Shown here piece after piece: positions 1 to 11,689 of a stretch of DNA of 64,000 nucleotides. The notes beneath the pieces are model-generated. The model was not told the origin of the DNA. It ran no database searches and saw only the letters and a list, made by a program, of their open reading frames with translations. A program made the translations under genes and the position numbers. The stretch covers positions 62,001-126,000 of the forward strand of contig JAXLNO010000073.1 in NCBI GenBank assembly GCA_038087875.1, in the 5' to 3' direction. Origin of the DNA: Malacoraja senta. Its lineage: Eukaryota. Position 1 is the stretch's first letter, and each line of letters opens with the position of its first letter.

Positions 1-248
1 TATCGGCCTTCAGGTTAATAGTAATATTAAACGTGAACTTACCTAAGTTTGAAGTTTGATCTTTATTTTATGAGGAGTTACGTTGGTGATTACGTGAAGA
101 ACCCCGCAAGTGCGCCTGCGCGTCAATCTTCGAAGCAGCGGTGTGAAATCACAAAAAACAACAAGCGAAGTAATATAGTATCATAATAAAATGAGTAATA
201 CAAGAACTTCCATCTGACCTTTATGATAGAGGGTTGGGTCGTGGTGGG

Positions 249-358
249 CACGTAATCACCAACGTAACTCCTCATAAAATAAAGATCAAACTTCAAACTT
301 AGGTAAGTTCTCGTTTAATCTTACTATTTTACGTCGGAGTCACGTGAGTGACTACGTG
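249..358. repeat. DIRS internal complementary region (ICR)
   Basis: 249-328 is the reverse complement of 17-96 (about 2 mismatches). About 325-358 is the reverse complement of 4791-4823. Confidence 0.92.
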
Positions 359-3300
359 GAGATTTTAAAGCTTTGTGATTTCATGCCGCAGACAAATCCA
401 GGCTTCTCACTGCATTGATTGACTCGGAACGAGAATATTCAATATTGCATTAATAATAACATTTGTACCACAAATGCAGTAATTCATTTATTTGAATAAA
501 TAATTAATAGTATCCCCTTTAACCCAGGGGAAATTAAGCAGAACTTAATATAGTATCTGCAAACAGCCCCGTATTGGCAATAGCCCGATGGTAAAAGTGT
601 TGAAACACCAACTTATTAGATCACCCGGCGGCTGTGAGAATATGATCGACGGGACTTCCTTCGCCCTGGTCGTCAATGTTGCTGCTAAACTGAATGGAAT
701 GTAAAACCATCAATGTTCACACGTGCAGCAACTAAAACTTGTTTTTAACCATCTTAAAATAGTCTAAACTGACACTAGCTTGTGTGGTTTTTCGTGAATG
801 ATAAACAATCTTGTTTTCATAATTCATAAGATCTTTGTAGCCTCAATTGTTTGCAATAAATATGTCTTAACATATAGACATGGATCCATAGAATATGTTA
901 ATAAAACAATCTTGAATCTAGTCACACCTGATCCTACTTCATTTGAGTAGTTCATAAAATTTAAAACATAACATAATCCTGAGGTACTTCTGTGTATCTG
1001 TAACTTTGTAATGTTACAAGTGCCATAAACATGACTACCTTCATGCTGAACTTGGCCAAATCAGAATCGTACCAAGACTCCTTTGATGAAGTAGCTTAAA
1101 ACAATTCTATATTCCAGATTCCCTCCCAGGTTTAGAAGGTCTGGAATTAAAATTCCTTTCATTAGTCTGGAAATAAAAGAACGAGACTCAACAGGATGTC
1201 TTTCCAACCTCACCAAATAAAAACGAGGAATAATATACTTCTGTGTGAATAAATCGCACTATACCTCAACCCATTAAATAGAGGTCAATCCAAGATATTT
1301 GCGAAATGTGCCGTACAACATTCCATATTCTTTTTTTCCCCTCATTCTTTACATAATGGGAAAGCAGTATTTACAGAGTCACAACTCAGATTCACAAATG
1401 TACTGCTTTTGAGTACTCTTCCGCCAGACTGCTGTAAGCATGTCCACATCATGCCCAGACAATCCCCTTTTTAAAAACCTGCATCCATACAGGCATATGA
1501 CGGATGTTACTCTCCAATTATCGAATACACCAGTAACTTCCTTCTTTTGGGAACATTTATCAGAAACTGTCATAAATTCCAATATCAAAGGGAACCATGG
1601 CTACGTAGACCCGTCTGGTACCACGAATACCCCAGAGGCAGCATACTGCTTCGTTTTAAGCAGACACCGATTTATGAAACAGGATGAAGTAAAATGCATA
1701 TAACAACATACCATCCTAATATAGCGAGAAACATCCATCGCTACTGTCTCCCGATGTAGTCCCATAACACATATCTCTGTAACTGGTGATTGAGTCTGGA
1801 TGGAAACAAGTTATATCTGGCTTCCCAAATCTGACTATTATATCATTAAAAAAATCTTAAGGTTAAACATCCATTCTTTGTTATCATAGAAATTCCACCC
1901 ATACAATTAATCAATGCCATTGCTGTAGTGTTGTTAATTTGAAACTGAACATGCAGATTAGTTGTATTTAACAACAAGCTTGTAGCTCATAAGCCTTCCA
2001 ATAGACTTTAAAACGTCGATTCTCCATGTCTGTAAAATAATACTTCTTCCATATTCCATCTGTCCACAGATGGATACCTTTTCAGTGGCACCAATCCTAG
2101 TACACTGATATAAGTCTGTTAAGACCATGGAAGGCTGTTCAATCCGTATCTTGCTTGAACTACTGAAGACATGTTAAATCCACTACTGCAATCAGAAGAA
2201 GCATTTGTTGTTTAATTGCATGGCCTATCAAAAAATGCCATCATGCATCTTAGTGTTTTTCTTTTTGCAGTCTGCAGCTGCTGGTAGTCCAATGGCCCAT
2301 ATTGTATTGCAGGAAATGACACTAATTCTCCTAACAAGCTGGCCACCTGTCTTAATTGAAGATTGTTGCTTTCCAACTGCTTAATACAACCATCAATTAG
2401 CTTTACCCTTTACCCTGGTTAAATTACTATCTTTTCAATTGAATCAAATAATCAATTGTTGTAAGTATCGTTAACTTAATTTCTCTCTGGATGAATTAAA
2501 CCCAACTTTCAAAAGATGTTTGAATAATTTGAGAGAGATAACTCACGAATTCTCTTGTTCGTCCTAATTAGAACATCATCCAGTTAAGCCATCCACATCT
2601 GTCCTTGGACTCTAATTAGCCGCAAATTTGGTTTTACCAATTTAGTGAATTTCCAGGGACTGAAGTTAACCCGTTAGACAGAACTTTGAATTGCCATAAT
2701 TGTTCCTTTAGATAATTTTATCTTATAAATGAACAAACACTAAGTAATATACATCTTTCAGATCTATAAGTGCCATAAAACATCTTTTTTGAAATAAATT
2801 GTCTGGCAGTCTCAAAGTCTCTATTTTGAAGTGTCTATACTTCACAAAATTTTAAAGACTTGTCAGATCTAAAATACTCCTCACCTTTTTAGGTTGAGAA
2901 ATTTTAAACACAATTTGGTGGTTTTGATAAACCGACCTTTCAATTACTTGTTTATAAACAAGTTTTCAATTCAGCTTGAACCTCCATCAATTATTTTTAT
3001 GTGAAATTGGAGTGTTCTGCTTGGAACATGCTGGATGGCAAATCAGTATTTGAATCGATTCAATTAGAAACCTTTCTATAATACTCAGAATAATAACTGA
3101 AGTAATTTGCTTCCAATATTTGGCTATTTTTGCCTTAATATGTTCCCATAAGAACCAGGTCCACCTACCTCCTTTGTCATCTGAGTGACCTGTGGTCCCC
3201 GGCTCCTGGCAGGCAAAACCCACGCTTTTTCGTTTTCCTGCTGCAGGACATCAACTGCGTACCTGCTTCAATGGTCGATTTGATCTTGATGTCGGTCCAG

Positions 3301-3854
3301 GATTTTGTATGATGTCTGAAAGGATACGTCCTCTTTGCAGACTTGACGACCATTGATGTTGTGATCAACGTTGCTGTTTTTGCCTCATTAACCAACTCTT
3401 TCCCACGATTCATGAGGTTTTTCCTCTGAAGAATAAGTTGAATGACTGCACATTGCTGGGCTTTACAGAGTTGCTGCAACTTTGGGTTGATGGTGGACCG
3501 AAGGGCATACTTCCTGAAACAATTCTTCTTGAAGTGGGCGCTACATAGCAACCTTAGTGCCACTTGATGCATCTCCATCCATGGCCTCCATCCATCGTTT
3601 TGCAAATTGCAGTTATTCATCAACCCAGCAGCTTCAATATTCTCTGCAGTTTACTTTCCTTAGGCTTACATGCCTTCGCCCATCTGACCCCTTATATCTT
3701 GGTTCACTGCAAGTACTTTTAGCAATACGCAGTTCCTTGGGATCTCGTGCTTTTTTGGCATTTTCATCCATCGTAAGCTACTAGAGCTGATGGCAGACAC
3801 AATAGTTGATCACAGAGACCACGTCCTTTCCAGTGGCTCTCCTGACTCTGACGG

Positions 3855-4260
3855 GGCAGCGAATCGTACTACCATGAGTAAAACATCTGGCAGCTGCCGT
3901 CTTCGCTTGTATCGGCCTCACCGTCAGACTCAGGGTCAGAACTCTCACAGAGCAGCAAATCGTACTGCCAGGAATAGCCCATCTGGCAGCTGCCGTCTTC
4001 GCTTGTTTTGGAAACTCTGCTGACCCTGTGCACGCGCCTCATCAATGATGGTGCTATCAAGCAGCCCTTTACTAGGTGCTGCTGACCTGGCTTCTGGAGC
4101 CTGGTTCTGACATCACTCCTCCTGGAGTATGTTTTGTTGGAGCAACAAAACATACTCCAGTACAGGTTACAGGTTATCCATTTGGAATATCCAAATGTGT
4201 ACAGGTTATCCATTTGGAATATCCATACTGTGTACAGTTTATCCATTTGGAATATCCACT
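3855..4260. repeat. Short direct repeats in the DIRS 5' region
   Basis: Two ~55 bp copies (gcagc.aatcgtact...catctggcagctgccgtcttcgcttgt) at ~3857 and ~3953, and three ~33 bp copies of tacag.ttatccatttggaatatcca at 4168-4258. Confidence 0.8.
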
Positions 4261-5106
4261 CAGAAAGTGGTATCCAGTCTTGGAGGTGAATCCCAAACTG
4301 ACTCTTGCTCCATGGCCATGACTTGTATGTTGCCTAGCACCCAACTGACGCTGGCTCCGTTCTTTTCTTTAATGCACAAGTCCACAGTTCGCCCCGCTCC
4401 CAGCCGGCGACTGTTGTAGGGTATGAGGCAGTCCTTTACCGGCCGCATTCCCGCAGCTTTTTATCGGCTTTGGCTTGCCCCACTGGTGCTGACTAAATTC
4501 ACTTCAGCCACATTATCCCCAGTCGCTATGCTGTCTGCTGGCGACTGTACCGTGGTCAGAGGCGGCTGGTCGCCGACCGCAATCTCGCGACTTTCTACCG
4601 GCTGAGTCGCTCGCCTCCTCCCCTTGCCCGTTTTTTCCATGGCGCCTGTGGAAAAATCCCCACAGACCCACAGCAAACGGACAAGGAAATACTTCCAAAA
4701 AAGTTTATACTTACCTTGTAGTTTAAAAACTACAATTCCACTAGAGGAGCTAATGCCGTAATGACGCGCAGGCGCACTGGCGGGGTTCTTCACGTAGTCA
4801 CTCACGTGACTCCGAAGTAAAATTAATAAACCGTGACCACCCGCCACCTTAATATTCCCTTCGCAGGTGGTCGTGTTGTTGGCAGTGGTGGGTAGTGAGT
4901 TGGGCAATATATGAACCAAATTATACAACGTTCATCTCCACGTATTATTCTAATGGGTGCTCCGGGAGACACCCAAAACGTAACAAATTGCATTTGCGTC
5001 CCCCTAGTGAGAGCCAACTACAAACATTGTAATTCCAAATGGTTCAAGTAACATTTTCCACTCCACACTGCATTGGTTGTCCTTTCGTTAGTGTAGTTCC
5101 AATTAG

Positions 5107-5422
5107 ACTCATAGAGTCATTGAGTAATACAGTGTGGAAACAGGCCCTTCGGCCCAACACGCCCGCAACGGCCAACAATGTCCCAGCTATCCGAGCCACA
5201 CTTCCCTGCGTCCCGGAGCCACACGTCCATAACCCTCCAAACCTGTCCTATCCATGTATCTGTCCAACCGTTTCTTAAATGATGGGATAGTTCCAGCTTC
5301 AACTACCTCTTCTGGCAGCTTGTTCCATACACCCACTATGTGAAAAAGTTACCCCTCGGATTCCTATTAAATCTTATCCTCTTCACCTTGAACCTATTTC
5401 CCATGGTCCTCGATTCCCCTAC
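5107..5422 (-). mobile_element. CR1/HER1-like LINE 3' end (left piece, split by the Gypsy)
   Basis: Tail 'catagagtcattgag...ggaaacaggcccttcggccc' shared with many other copies in the window; the sequence continues at 10097. Confidence 0.8.
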
Positions 5423-5628
5423 TGTAGATTGATGATGCATGTGAATCAATCACACTTAGTTGGCATCACTAACTCCGCCCCATTATAACAATTATACTAA
5501 CGCCCATTCCCAGCACCGTTAGTTGAAGCAGCCAGGATGAACTGACAACACCTAGATCTGTAATGCTGCTAAGTTAATGTGCTGAATAAAGATGTGTGTA
5601 AATCTTATATGCTTTGAAGTGATTTACA
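5423..5628 (+). repeat. 5' LTR
   Basis: TGTAGATT...GATTTACA; 3 differences from the 3' LTR. Confidence 0.97.
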
Positions 5629-5643
5629 TGGCGTCAGATGTGG
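5629..5643 (+). promoter_or_regulatory. Primer binding site (tRNA-Leu-like)
   Basis: TGGCGTCAGATGTGG directly after the LTR; resembles TGGTGTCAGAAGTGG, which is complementary to the tRNA-Leu 3' end. Confidence 0.75.
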
Positions 5644-5708
5644 TCATACCCACTCCTCTTGTATAACGGTTTTTATTTTCTATTTTGTGAGTATTGCTTT
5701 ACTTCACG

Positions 5709-8700
5709 ATGGCTTCTTCTTGTTGGAAGCCTGAGCCTCTTGTCTTTGATGCCGATATCAGCGAACGCTGGGCCACGTTTGAAATTGATTACCAGCACTA
5801 CATCAACATTGTACACCGAAATGAACCAGATGCTGTTAAGGCTTCTCTTCTGCTCAACCTTGCGGGACCTGGTGCCCTTCGTCGATCCAGAACATTCCGC
5901 TATGCTCCGGCTATCCTTGATGCCCAGGGCCAGGTAATTACACCGGCGGAGTCTCCAGCCGACCCCAATGTTTTGCTGCGTAAATTGGCTCAGATCTGTG
6001 ACCTGCCCTCAAATCACATTTTGGACAGGGCAAGGTTTTTCTCTCGTTGTCAACTTCCCGGGGAACGAGCGGATGCATATATTTCCTCTTTAATGTATCT
6101 AGCACAACGTTGTCGATTTCAGGAAATGCCTGCGGATCAGTTGACTGATCAGTTAACGAGGGATATTTTAGTGAATGGTATCACCGATCAAAAGCTCAGA
6201 TCAGAGCTATTGAGACTGCCACAGTTGTCGCTAAACGACGCAGCGCATGCGTGTAGAACGGCTGAACTTGTTGATCCTATAGACATTCCACATGAAAGCA
6301 ATACCATCAATCTGACGGGCCTCACTAGGCAGCGGACATACAGAGATAACAGCCGATCTAAGATCCAAGATAGCCAGGCAGCTCTCAGCGTTCCTTCACA
6401 GAAATGTCCTAACTGCGGCTATACACACAGCAGGCAATCCACCTGCCCCGCCCTCGGGAAGGCTTGTAATTACTGCAAAAAGCTAAATCACTTTGCCTCA
6501 GCCTGTCGGGCTGCTATCAGGGCCCGAGGAAGGAATGTGCCCAGTCCTAGGTCTAATCTCAATTTTTTGCAACGAGACAGTAACACATTGACTCCCCATT
6601 TCCAGCTCGACGCCGCCCCCGAATGTACTTCATTTGACTCGCAAGAGGATCCTACTGTTTACATGTCACAGAATGCTGCTGCCAAGAACTCTGATCCTAC
6701 AGTTACGATATCTGTAAACAATGTTGCTTTTGGCGCGAAACTCGACACGGGGGCCAGAGTCAATACAATGTCAATCAACCTTTTTAACAGGATCAGGGCT
6801 AACGAGCCACTTGTCAAGGACGAGTCCACTTTGCATGCTTTTGGCGGGGAGGTGCTATTTCCTCTGGGCAAAGCCGACTTGAAATGTGTACTGAAGAAAA
6901 CAACTAGGGAATTGACTTTCCATGTGTTGAACTTTAATTCGGTTACCCTGCTTGGCAATCGTGCCTGTCAGGAACTAGGGCTGATTTCCTTTGACAAAAC
7001 TGTCCGCAAACTGCAAGTTTCCTTTGATCCACTGAGTGACTTCCCTGGTCTTTTCGACAACAACCTAGGCAAGTTGCCTGTGTCCTACAAGATTACAATC
7101 GACCCCGACGTGACACCCGTTGTCCGAAACCCACACAGATTGTCATTTGCCATGACTGACAGGGTTCACTCTATGCTGAAGGACATGGTCTCCAAAGGCG
7201 TAATTGAAGCAGTTAGTGACCCCACCGACTGGGTCTCAACCATGATTGCCACAGTCAAGAAGGGAAAGGATGAAATCCGCCTGTGCATTAATCCAAAAGA
7301 CCTGAACACTGCCATTAAGCGCCCACACCATCCCATGAAGACAGTAGAGGATGTTGCAGCAAAGATCGGAACGGCCACCCTATTTTCCGTCCTAGATGCA
7401 AAGAACTCATTCTGGCAGATACCGCTGGACAAGAGGTCATCAAACGTCACCACATTTGCTACCCCATTCGGCAGATTTAAGTTTTTGAGAATGCCATTCG
7501 GGATCAACTCTGCCAGCGAAGTCTTCCAAAGAACTATGGAACAATTGTTCGAGGGTCTGCCTTGTGCCATTATTGTCGATGATATTCTGGTCTATGGCAA
7601 GGACGCGGCGGAACATGACCACAATCTCAGGCTCGTTTTGGAGCGTGCTGTCCAGATCAACCTCAAACTCAATCCTGACAAGTGCAAGTTCAGGGTTCCA
7701 GAGGTCTCCTATGTCGGCCACATCTTCACCCCTGACGGCCTCAAACCGGATCCGAAGAAGACTTCTGCCATCACAGAAATGCCTGCACCTACTGACGTGA
7801 AAGACCTGCAACGTTTCCTGGGTATGGTAAACTATATCGGAAAGTTCATACCTAACCTCAGCGAATTAAGCTCCACATTGCGGCAGCTGACAAAAAAGGA
7901 CACTGCATGGTCATGGTTCCAGCAACATCAGGATGCCTTCGATGTTCTGAAATCAAAACTGACTAGTGCACCGACCCTGACTTTCTTCGACCTGAAACGT
8001 CCGGTGGTGATCACCTGCGATGCCTCGAAATTCGGGCTCGGCGCAGCCTGCCTACAACCGTCTGATGATGGTACCCTACTACCCGTCGCGTATGCCTCTC
8101 GCACCATGACCGACACGGAGCAGCACTACGCGCAAATCGAAAAGGAACTGCTGGCGGTCGTCTTTGCCTGCTCCAAATTCCACGACTTCGTGTTTGGCAA
8201 CACGTTCATGGTTGGGACGGATCACCAGCCACTGGTGACAATCTTGAACAAGCCTATCCACGCCGCCCCAGCTCGTTTGCAGCGCATGATGATGCAGCTG
8301 CAGCGGTACGACTTCTCTATTACCTACAAAAAGGGCAAGGACATGCATGTTGCTGACACACTCTCTCGTGCCCCTCGAACATCTTGCGAACAACACCCAC
8401 ACGAACAGGAGGATTTCACTGTTCTCGGTGTCGGTCTAATCTCCAGCAAGCAACTGCGCTCCCAGGCCGCGCACACTGCCAAGGATGCTACGCTTCAAGC
8501 CCTCTCGTCCATCATCAAGACAGGCTGGCCAGACAAACAATCCAACACGCCCACTGAGGTGCAGCCGTACTTCTTGGTCCGCGATGAACTGGTGGTTCAG
8601 GATGGTGTGGTCGTCAAGGGCCACAAGGTAGTTGTACCTGCATCGCTACAAGACGAGTACTTCAAAGAGGTACACGGCGCTCACCCAGGAGCCGACTCCA

Positions 8701-9863
8701 CACTGGCACGCGCCCGGGATCTGTTCTACTGGCCTGGAATGGCCACGTACATCCGGGACCGTGTAGCCTCCTGCCCCACTTGCAACAATCTTGCGCCTCA
8801 TCAGCAGCGGCAGCCCCTTCTGCAACAACCTTCACCAGCACTGTCATGGTTGTCGATGGCTGCGGACATTTTCGAATGGCGTGGTAAGCACTACCTCGTT
8901 CTGGTCGACTCGTACTCCAACTGGTTCGAACTTGACCAGCTGACCTCCCTCACGTCGGTGATGGTCATCAAGATTCTGAAAAGACATTTCTCAGACCATG
9001 GCATTCCTCCTATTCTGAGAACCGACAATGGTCCACAGTTCACCAGCCACTCGTTCAAGCTTTTCGCTGACCGATGGAACTTTCAGCACATCACAAGCAG
9101 TCCCGAGTATCCACAGAGTAATGGACTCGCTGAACGCGCTGTCAGGAGCGCCAAGCACTTGCTGGAGGGAGCGCGCATTTCAAACTCTGACGTCTATCTC
9201 GATCTGCTGAACCTTAGAAACATTCCGAGAGACGGAGTCTTGGGGTCACCAGCACAGCGGCTGCTATCGAGTGTGACGAGGTCTCCGGTCCCCATCGCAC
9301 AACAGCAGCTGGTTCCTCGGGTGTTGAAGCCCGCCACTATCCAGCAACGTCTCCAAGAGAAGCACGATACCCAGAAACGGTCATACGACAGTTCCAGCAG
9401 ACCACTCCAGCCTCTACTGCCGGGCCAGGTCGTCCGTCTACGAACTCCAACTGGACATTCTCGTCTGGGCGTTGTTGTGCGCCCGACTGATGAGCCGCGA
9501 TCGTACCTTGTGGACTGTGAGGGAGCGGTTTACCGGAGAAGTCGTCAACACCTGCTTGCTGTGAAGGAGCCCCGACCGCCGCCTGCCGATCCCTATGCTC
9601 CGCCGCTCCAGTTCCAGCCACCTTCCGCGATGTCTCCAACCCGTTCCAGCATGCCTGCCACTCCCCCACGTCTATCGGTCTCCAATAACCACGGGGTCTC
9701 ACCCACCGCATGTTTTTCCCCTCGGTCACCACAATCCTCTCCCGTGCGGTTTTCACCTTCAACCTCCCCGCCTCATCCTTCAGTTGAGGGAGGGGATGGT
9801 TGGGTCCGCACGCGTTCGGGCCGTGTTAGTAGACCACCAGACAGGTATGGCGAGTATGTTTAA
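5709..9863 (+). CDS. Gypsy Gag-Pol polyprotein (Zn knuckles, protease, RT, RNase H, integrase)
   Basis: Uninterrupted ORF, first ATG at 5709. Motifs: CPNC..H..C and CNYCKKLNHFASAC knuckles; LDTGA protease; RT 'MPFGINSASEVFQ' and 'IVDDIL'; RNase H 'CDAS', 'YAQIEKELLA', 'TDHQPL'; integrase HHCC and 'TDNGPQF...SNGLAER'. Confidence 0.96.
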   Translation: MASSCWKPEPLVFDADISERWATFEIDYQHYINIVHRNEPDAVKASLLLNLAGPGALRRSRTFRYAPAILDAQGQVITPAESPADPNVLLRKLAQICDLPSNHILDRARFFSRCQLPGERADAYISSLMYLAQRCRFQEMPADQLTDQLTRDILVNGITDQKLRSELLRLPQLSLNDAAHACRTAELVDPIDIPHESNTINLTGLTRQRTYRDNSRSKIQDSQAALSVPSQKCPNCGYTHSRQSTCPALGKACNYCKKLNHFASACRAAIRARGRNVPSPRSNLNFLQRDSNTLTPHFQLDAAPECTSFDSQEDPTVYMSQNAAAKNSDPTVTISVNNVAFGAKLDTGARVNTMSINLFNRIRANEPLVKDESTLHAFGGEVLFPLGKADLKCVLKKTTRELTFHVLNFNSVTLLGNRACQELGLISFDKTVRKLQVSFDPLSDFPGLFDNNLGKLPVSYKITIDPDVTPVVRNPHRLSFAMTDRVHSMLKDMVSKGVIEAVSDPTDWVSTMIATVKKGKDEIRLCINPKDLNTAIKRPHHPMKTVEDVAAKIGTATLFSVLDAKNSFWQIPLDKRSSNVTTFATPFGRFKFLRMPFGINSASEVFQRTMEQLFEGLPCAIIVDDILVYGKDAAEHDHNLRLVLERAVQINLKLNPDKCKFRVPEVSYVGHIFTPDGLKPDPKKTSAITEMPAPTDVKDLQRFLGMVNYIGKFIPNLSELSSTLRQLTKKDTAWSWFQQHQDAFDVLKSKLTSAPTLTFFDLKRPVVITCDASKFGLGAACLQPSDDGTLLPVAYASRTMTDTEQHYAQIEKELLAVVFACSKFHDFVFGNTFMVGTDHQPLVTILNKPIHAAPARLQRMMMQLQRYDFSITYKKGKDMHVADTLSRAPRTSCEQHPHEQEDFTVLGVGLISSKQLRSQAAHTAKDATLQALSSIIKTGWPDKQSNTPTEVQPYFLVRDELVVQDGVVVKGHKVVVPASLQDEYFKEVHGAHPGADSTLARARDLFYWPGMATYIRDRVASCPTCNNLAPHQQRQPLLQQPSPALSWLSMAADIFEWRGKHYLVLVDSYSNWFELDQLTSLTSVMVIKILKRHFSDHGIPPILRTDNGPQFTSHSFKLFADRWNFQHITSSPEYPQSNGLAERAVRSAKHLLEGARISNSDVYLDLLNLRNIPRDGVLGSPAQRLLSSVTRSPVPIAQQQLVPRVLKPATIQQRLQEKHDTQKRSYDSSSRPLQPLLPGQVVRLRTPTGHSRLGVVVRPTDEPRSYLVDCEGAVYRRSRQHLLAVKEPRPPPADPYAPPLQFQPPSAMSPTRSSMPATPPRLSVSNNHGVSPTACFSPRSPQSSPVRFSPSTSPPHPSVEGGDGWVRTRSGRVSRPPDRYGEYV

Positions 9864-9879
9864 TATGCTTTTAATCTTT

Positions 9880-9890
9880 AGGGGAAAGGA
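9880..9890 (+). promoter_or_regulatory. Polypurine tract
   Basis: AGGGGAAAGGA immediately before the 3' LTR. Confidence 0.9.
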
Positions 9891-10096
9891 TGTAGATTGA
9901 TGATGCATGTGAATCAATCACACTTAGTTGGCATCACTAACTCCACCCCATTATAACAACTATACTAACGCCCATTCCCAGCACCGTTAGTTGAAGCAGC
10001 CAGGATGAACTGACAACACCTAGATCTGTAATGCTGCTAAGTTAATGTGCTGAATTAAGATGTGTGTAAATCTTATATGCTTTGAAGTGATTTACA
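9891..10096 (+). repeat. 3' LTR
   Basis: 206 bp copy of 5423-5628, followed by TSD CCTAC. Confidence 0.97.
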
Positions 10097-11410
10097 CCTA
10101 CTCTGGGTAAAAGTCTGTGCATCAACCCGATCTATTCATCTCATGATTTGGTATACTTCTATAAGATCTCCCCTCATCCTCCTACGCTCCATGGAATAGA
10201 GACCCAGCATACTCACTCTCTCCCTAGAGCTCACTCCCTCTAGTCCTGGCAACCCTCGGAAATATTTTCGTAACACTTTCAAGCTTGACAATATATTTCT
10301 TATAACATGGTTCCCAGAATTGAGCACAATATTCTATATGTGGTCTCACCAACGTCTGATACAACTGCAACATGACATCCCAACTTATATACTCAATACC
10401 CTGACTGAAGAAGGCCAAAGTGCCAAAAGCCATTTTGACCAACTTATCTACCTGCGACTCGACCTTCAAGGAATCATGCACTTGTTCTCCTAGATCACTC
10501 TGCTCTACAACACTACCAAGAGGCCTGCCATTTATTGCTTAGGTCCTGCCCTTGTTCGACATCCCAAAATGCATCATCTCACACTTCTCTGTATTGAATT
10601 CCATCAACCATTCCACTGCCCACCTGGCCAATCGATCCGACTCCTGCTGCAATCGTTCACAATAATCTTCACTATCAGCAAAAGCACTAACTTTTGTATC
10701 ATCAGCAAACTTGCTAATCTTGCCCTATATGTTGTCATCCAAATCATTGATGTAGATGGCAAACAGTAACGGGCCCAGCACCCAACCCTGTGGCACGGCA
10801 CTAGTCACAATCCTTCATTCTGAGAAGCAACCTTCCACCATCACTCTCTGCTTCCTTCCATGGAACCAATTTGCAATCCATTCTACTATCTCTCCTTGGA
10901 TCCCATAAGATCTAACCTTCCAGAGCAGCATACCATGCGGCACCTTGTCGAACGCCTTACTAAAGTCCATGTACACAACATCAACAGCTCTGCCTTCATC
11001 AACATTTTTGCTCAAGTCTTTAATAAAATCAATCAGACACGTGAGACAAGACCTCCCACATACAAAACGATGCTAACTGTCTCTAATTGGCACTTGCCCA
11101 TCCAAATCCCTGTAAATTCACCAAGGCAAATTCCTTGTATGTGATTACTTGGCCAATAAACTTATTCATTCATTCATTCATTCATTCATTCATTCATTCA
11201 TTCATTCATACATTCATTCATTCATCCATTCATTCATTCATTCATTCATTCATTCATTCATTCATTCATTCATTCATTCATTCATATCCTATCCCTCAGA
11301 ATACTCTCCAGCAACTTACCAACTACAGATGTTAAGCTTACCGGCCTATAGATCCGGGTATTTTCCCTGCAGTCCTTCTTGAAAAGCGGCACAGCATTTG
11401 CCTCCAAGTC
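10097..11410 (-). mobile_element. CR1-like LINE RT fragment (frameshifted)
   Basis: Translated pieces 'YRPVSLTSVVGKLLE', 'VDVVYMDFSKAFDKVPH', 'LVRPHIEYC', 'LERRRMRGDLIEVY'-like. Confidence 0.9.
11164..11285. repeat. (ATTC)n microsatellite, probable tail of a short LINE 3' stub inserted in CR1
   Basis: About 30 ATTC units preceded by AATAAA and ~50 bp of non-CR1 sequence. Confidence 0.9.
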
Positions 11411-11689
11411 CTTACGTGCTTCTTCTGACTGTCCTGGTAGACTCATTGTTTCAGCGTGTTCATGGCTTACCGAATTAATTTCCACATACCTGGACTCCAT
11501 CCTACCCCCCTGGTCCAATCCAAGACACCTCAGACGCTCTTCGTCAATTTGTTTCCCATGGGCAAGTGGCTGCGATGTGGTATATTGCTGATTTTAGAAG
11601 AGGAAGGCCGAGGATCGATTAACTTTCCCAAGAACCAAGAACCAAGAACCTGTCTTCATCGACGGTCCAATGACTTTGTTAGACCAGAA

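Larger units (their letters stand above)
17..4824 (-). mobile_element. DIRS1-type tyrosine-recombinase retrotransposon, full length, coding regions decayed
   Basis: ITR core 91-125 is the reverse complement of 4762-4796 (1 mismatch). ICR 249-358 is complementary to both termini (17-96 and 4791-4823). Minus-strand motif remnants: RT 'QFKVLSNGLTS' (~2650-2695) and 'MA*LDDVLI' (~2565-2595); methyltransferase-like 'LFPSRLNHQL' (~1780-1815) and 'VVPDGST*PWFP' (~1590-1630); YR C-terminus 'DHILTAAG*SNKLVFQHFYHR' (~585-650). Confidence 0.92.
5423..10096 (+). mobile_element. Intact Ty3/Gypsy LTR retrotransposon (Mag-like, no env)
   Basis: Two 206 bp TG...CA LTRs, 5 bp TSD CCTAC (5418-5422 and 10097-10101), PBS, PPT and a single gag-pol ORF. 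It is inserted into a CR1 3' region that continues on both sides. Confidence 0.97.

Noticed and set aside
6659..9900. Antisense and alternate-frame ORFs within the Gypsy
   Set aside because: Shadow ORFs with no recognisable motifs; no env-like ORF and no room for one before the PPT.
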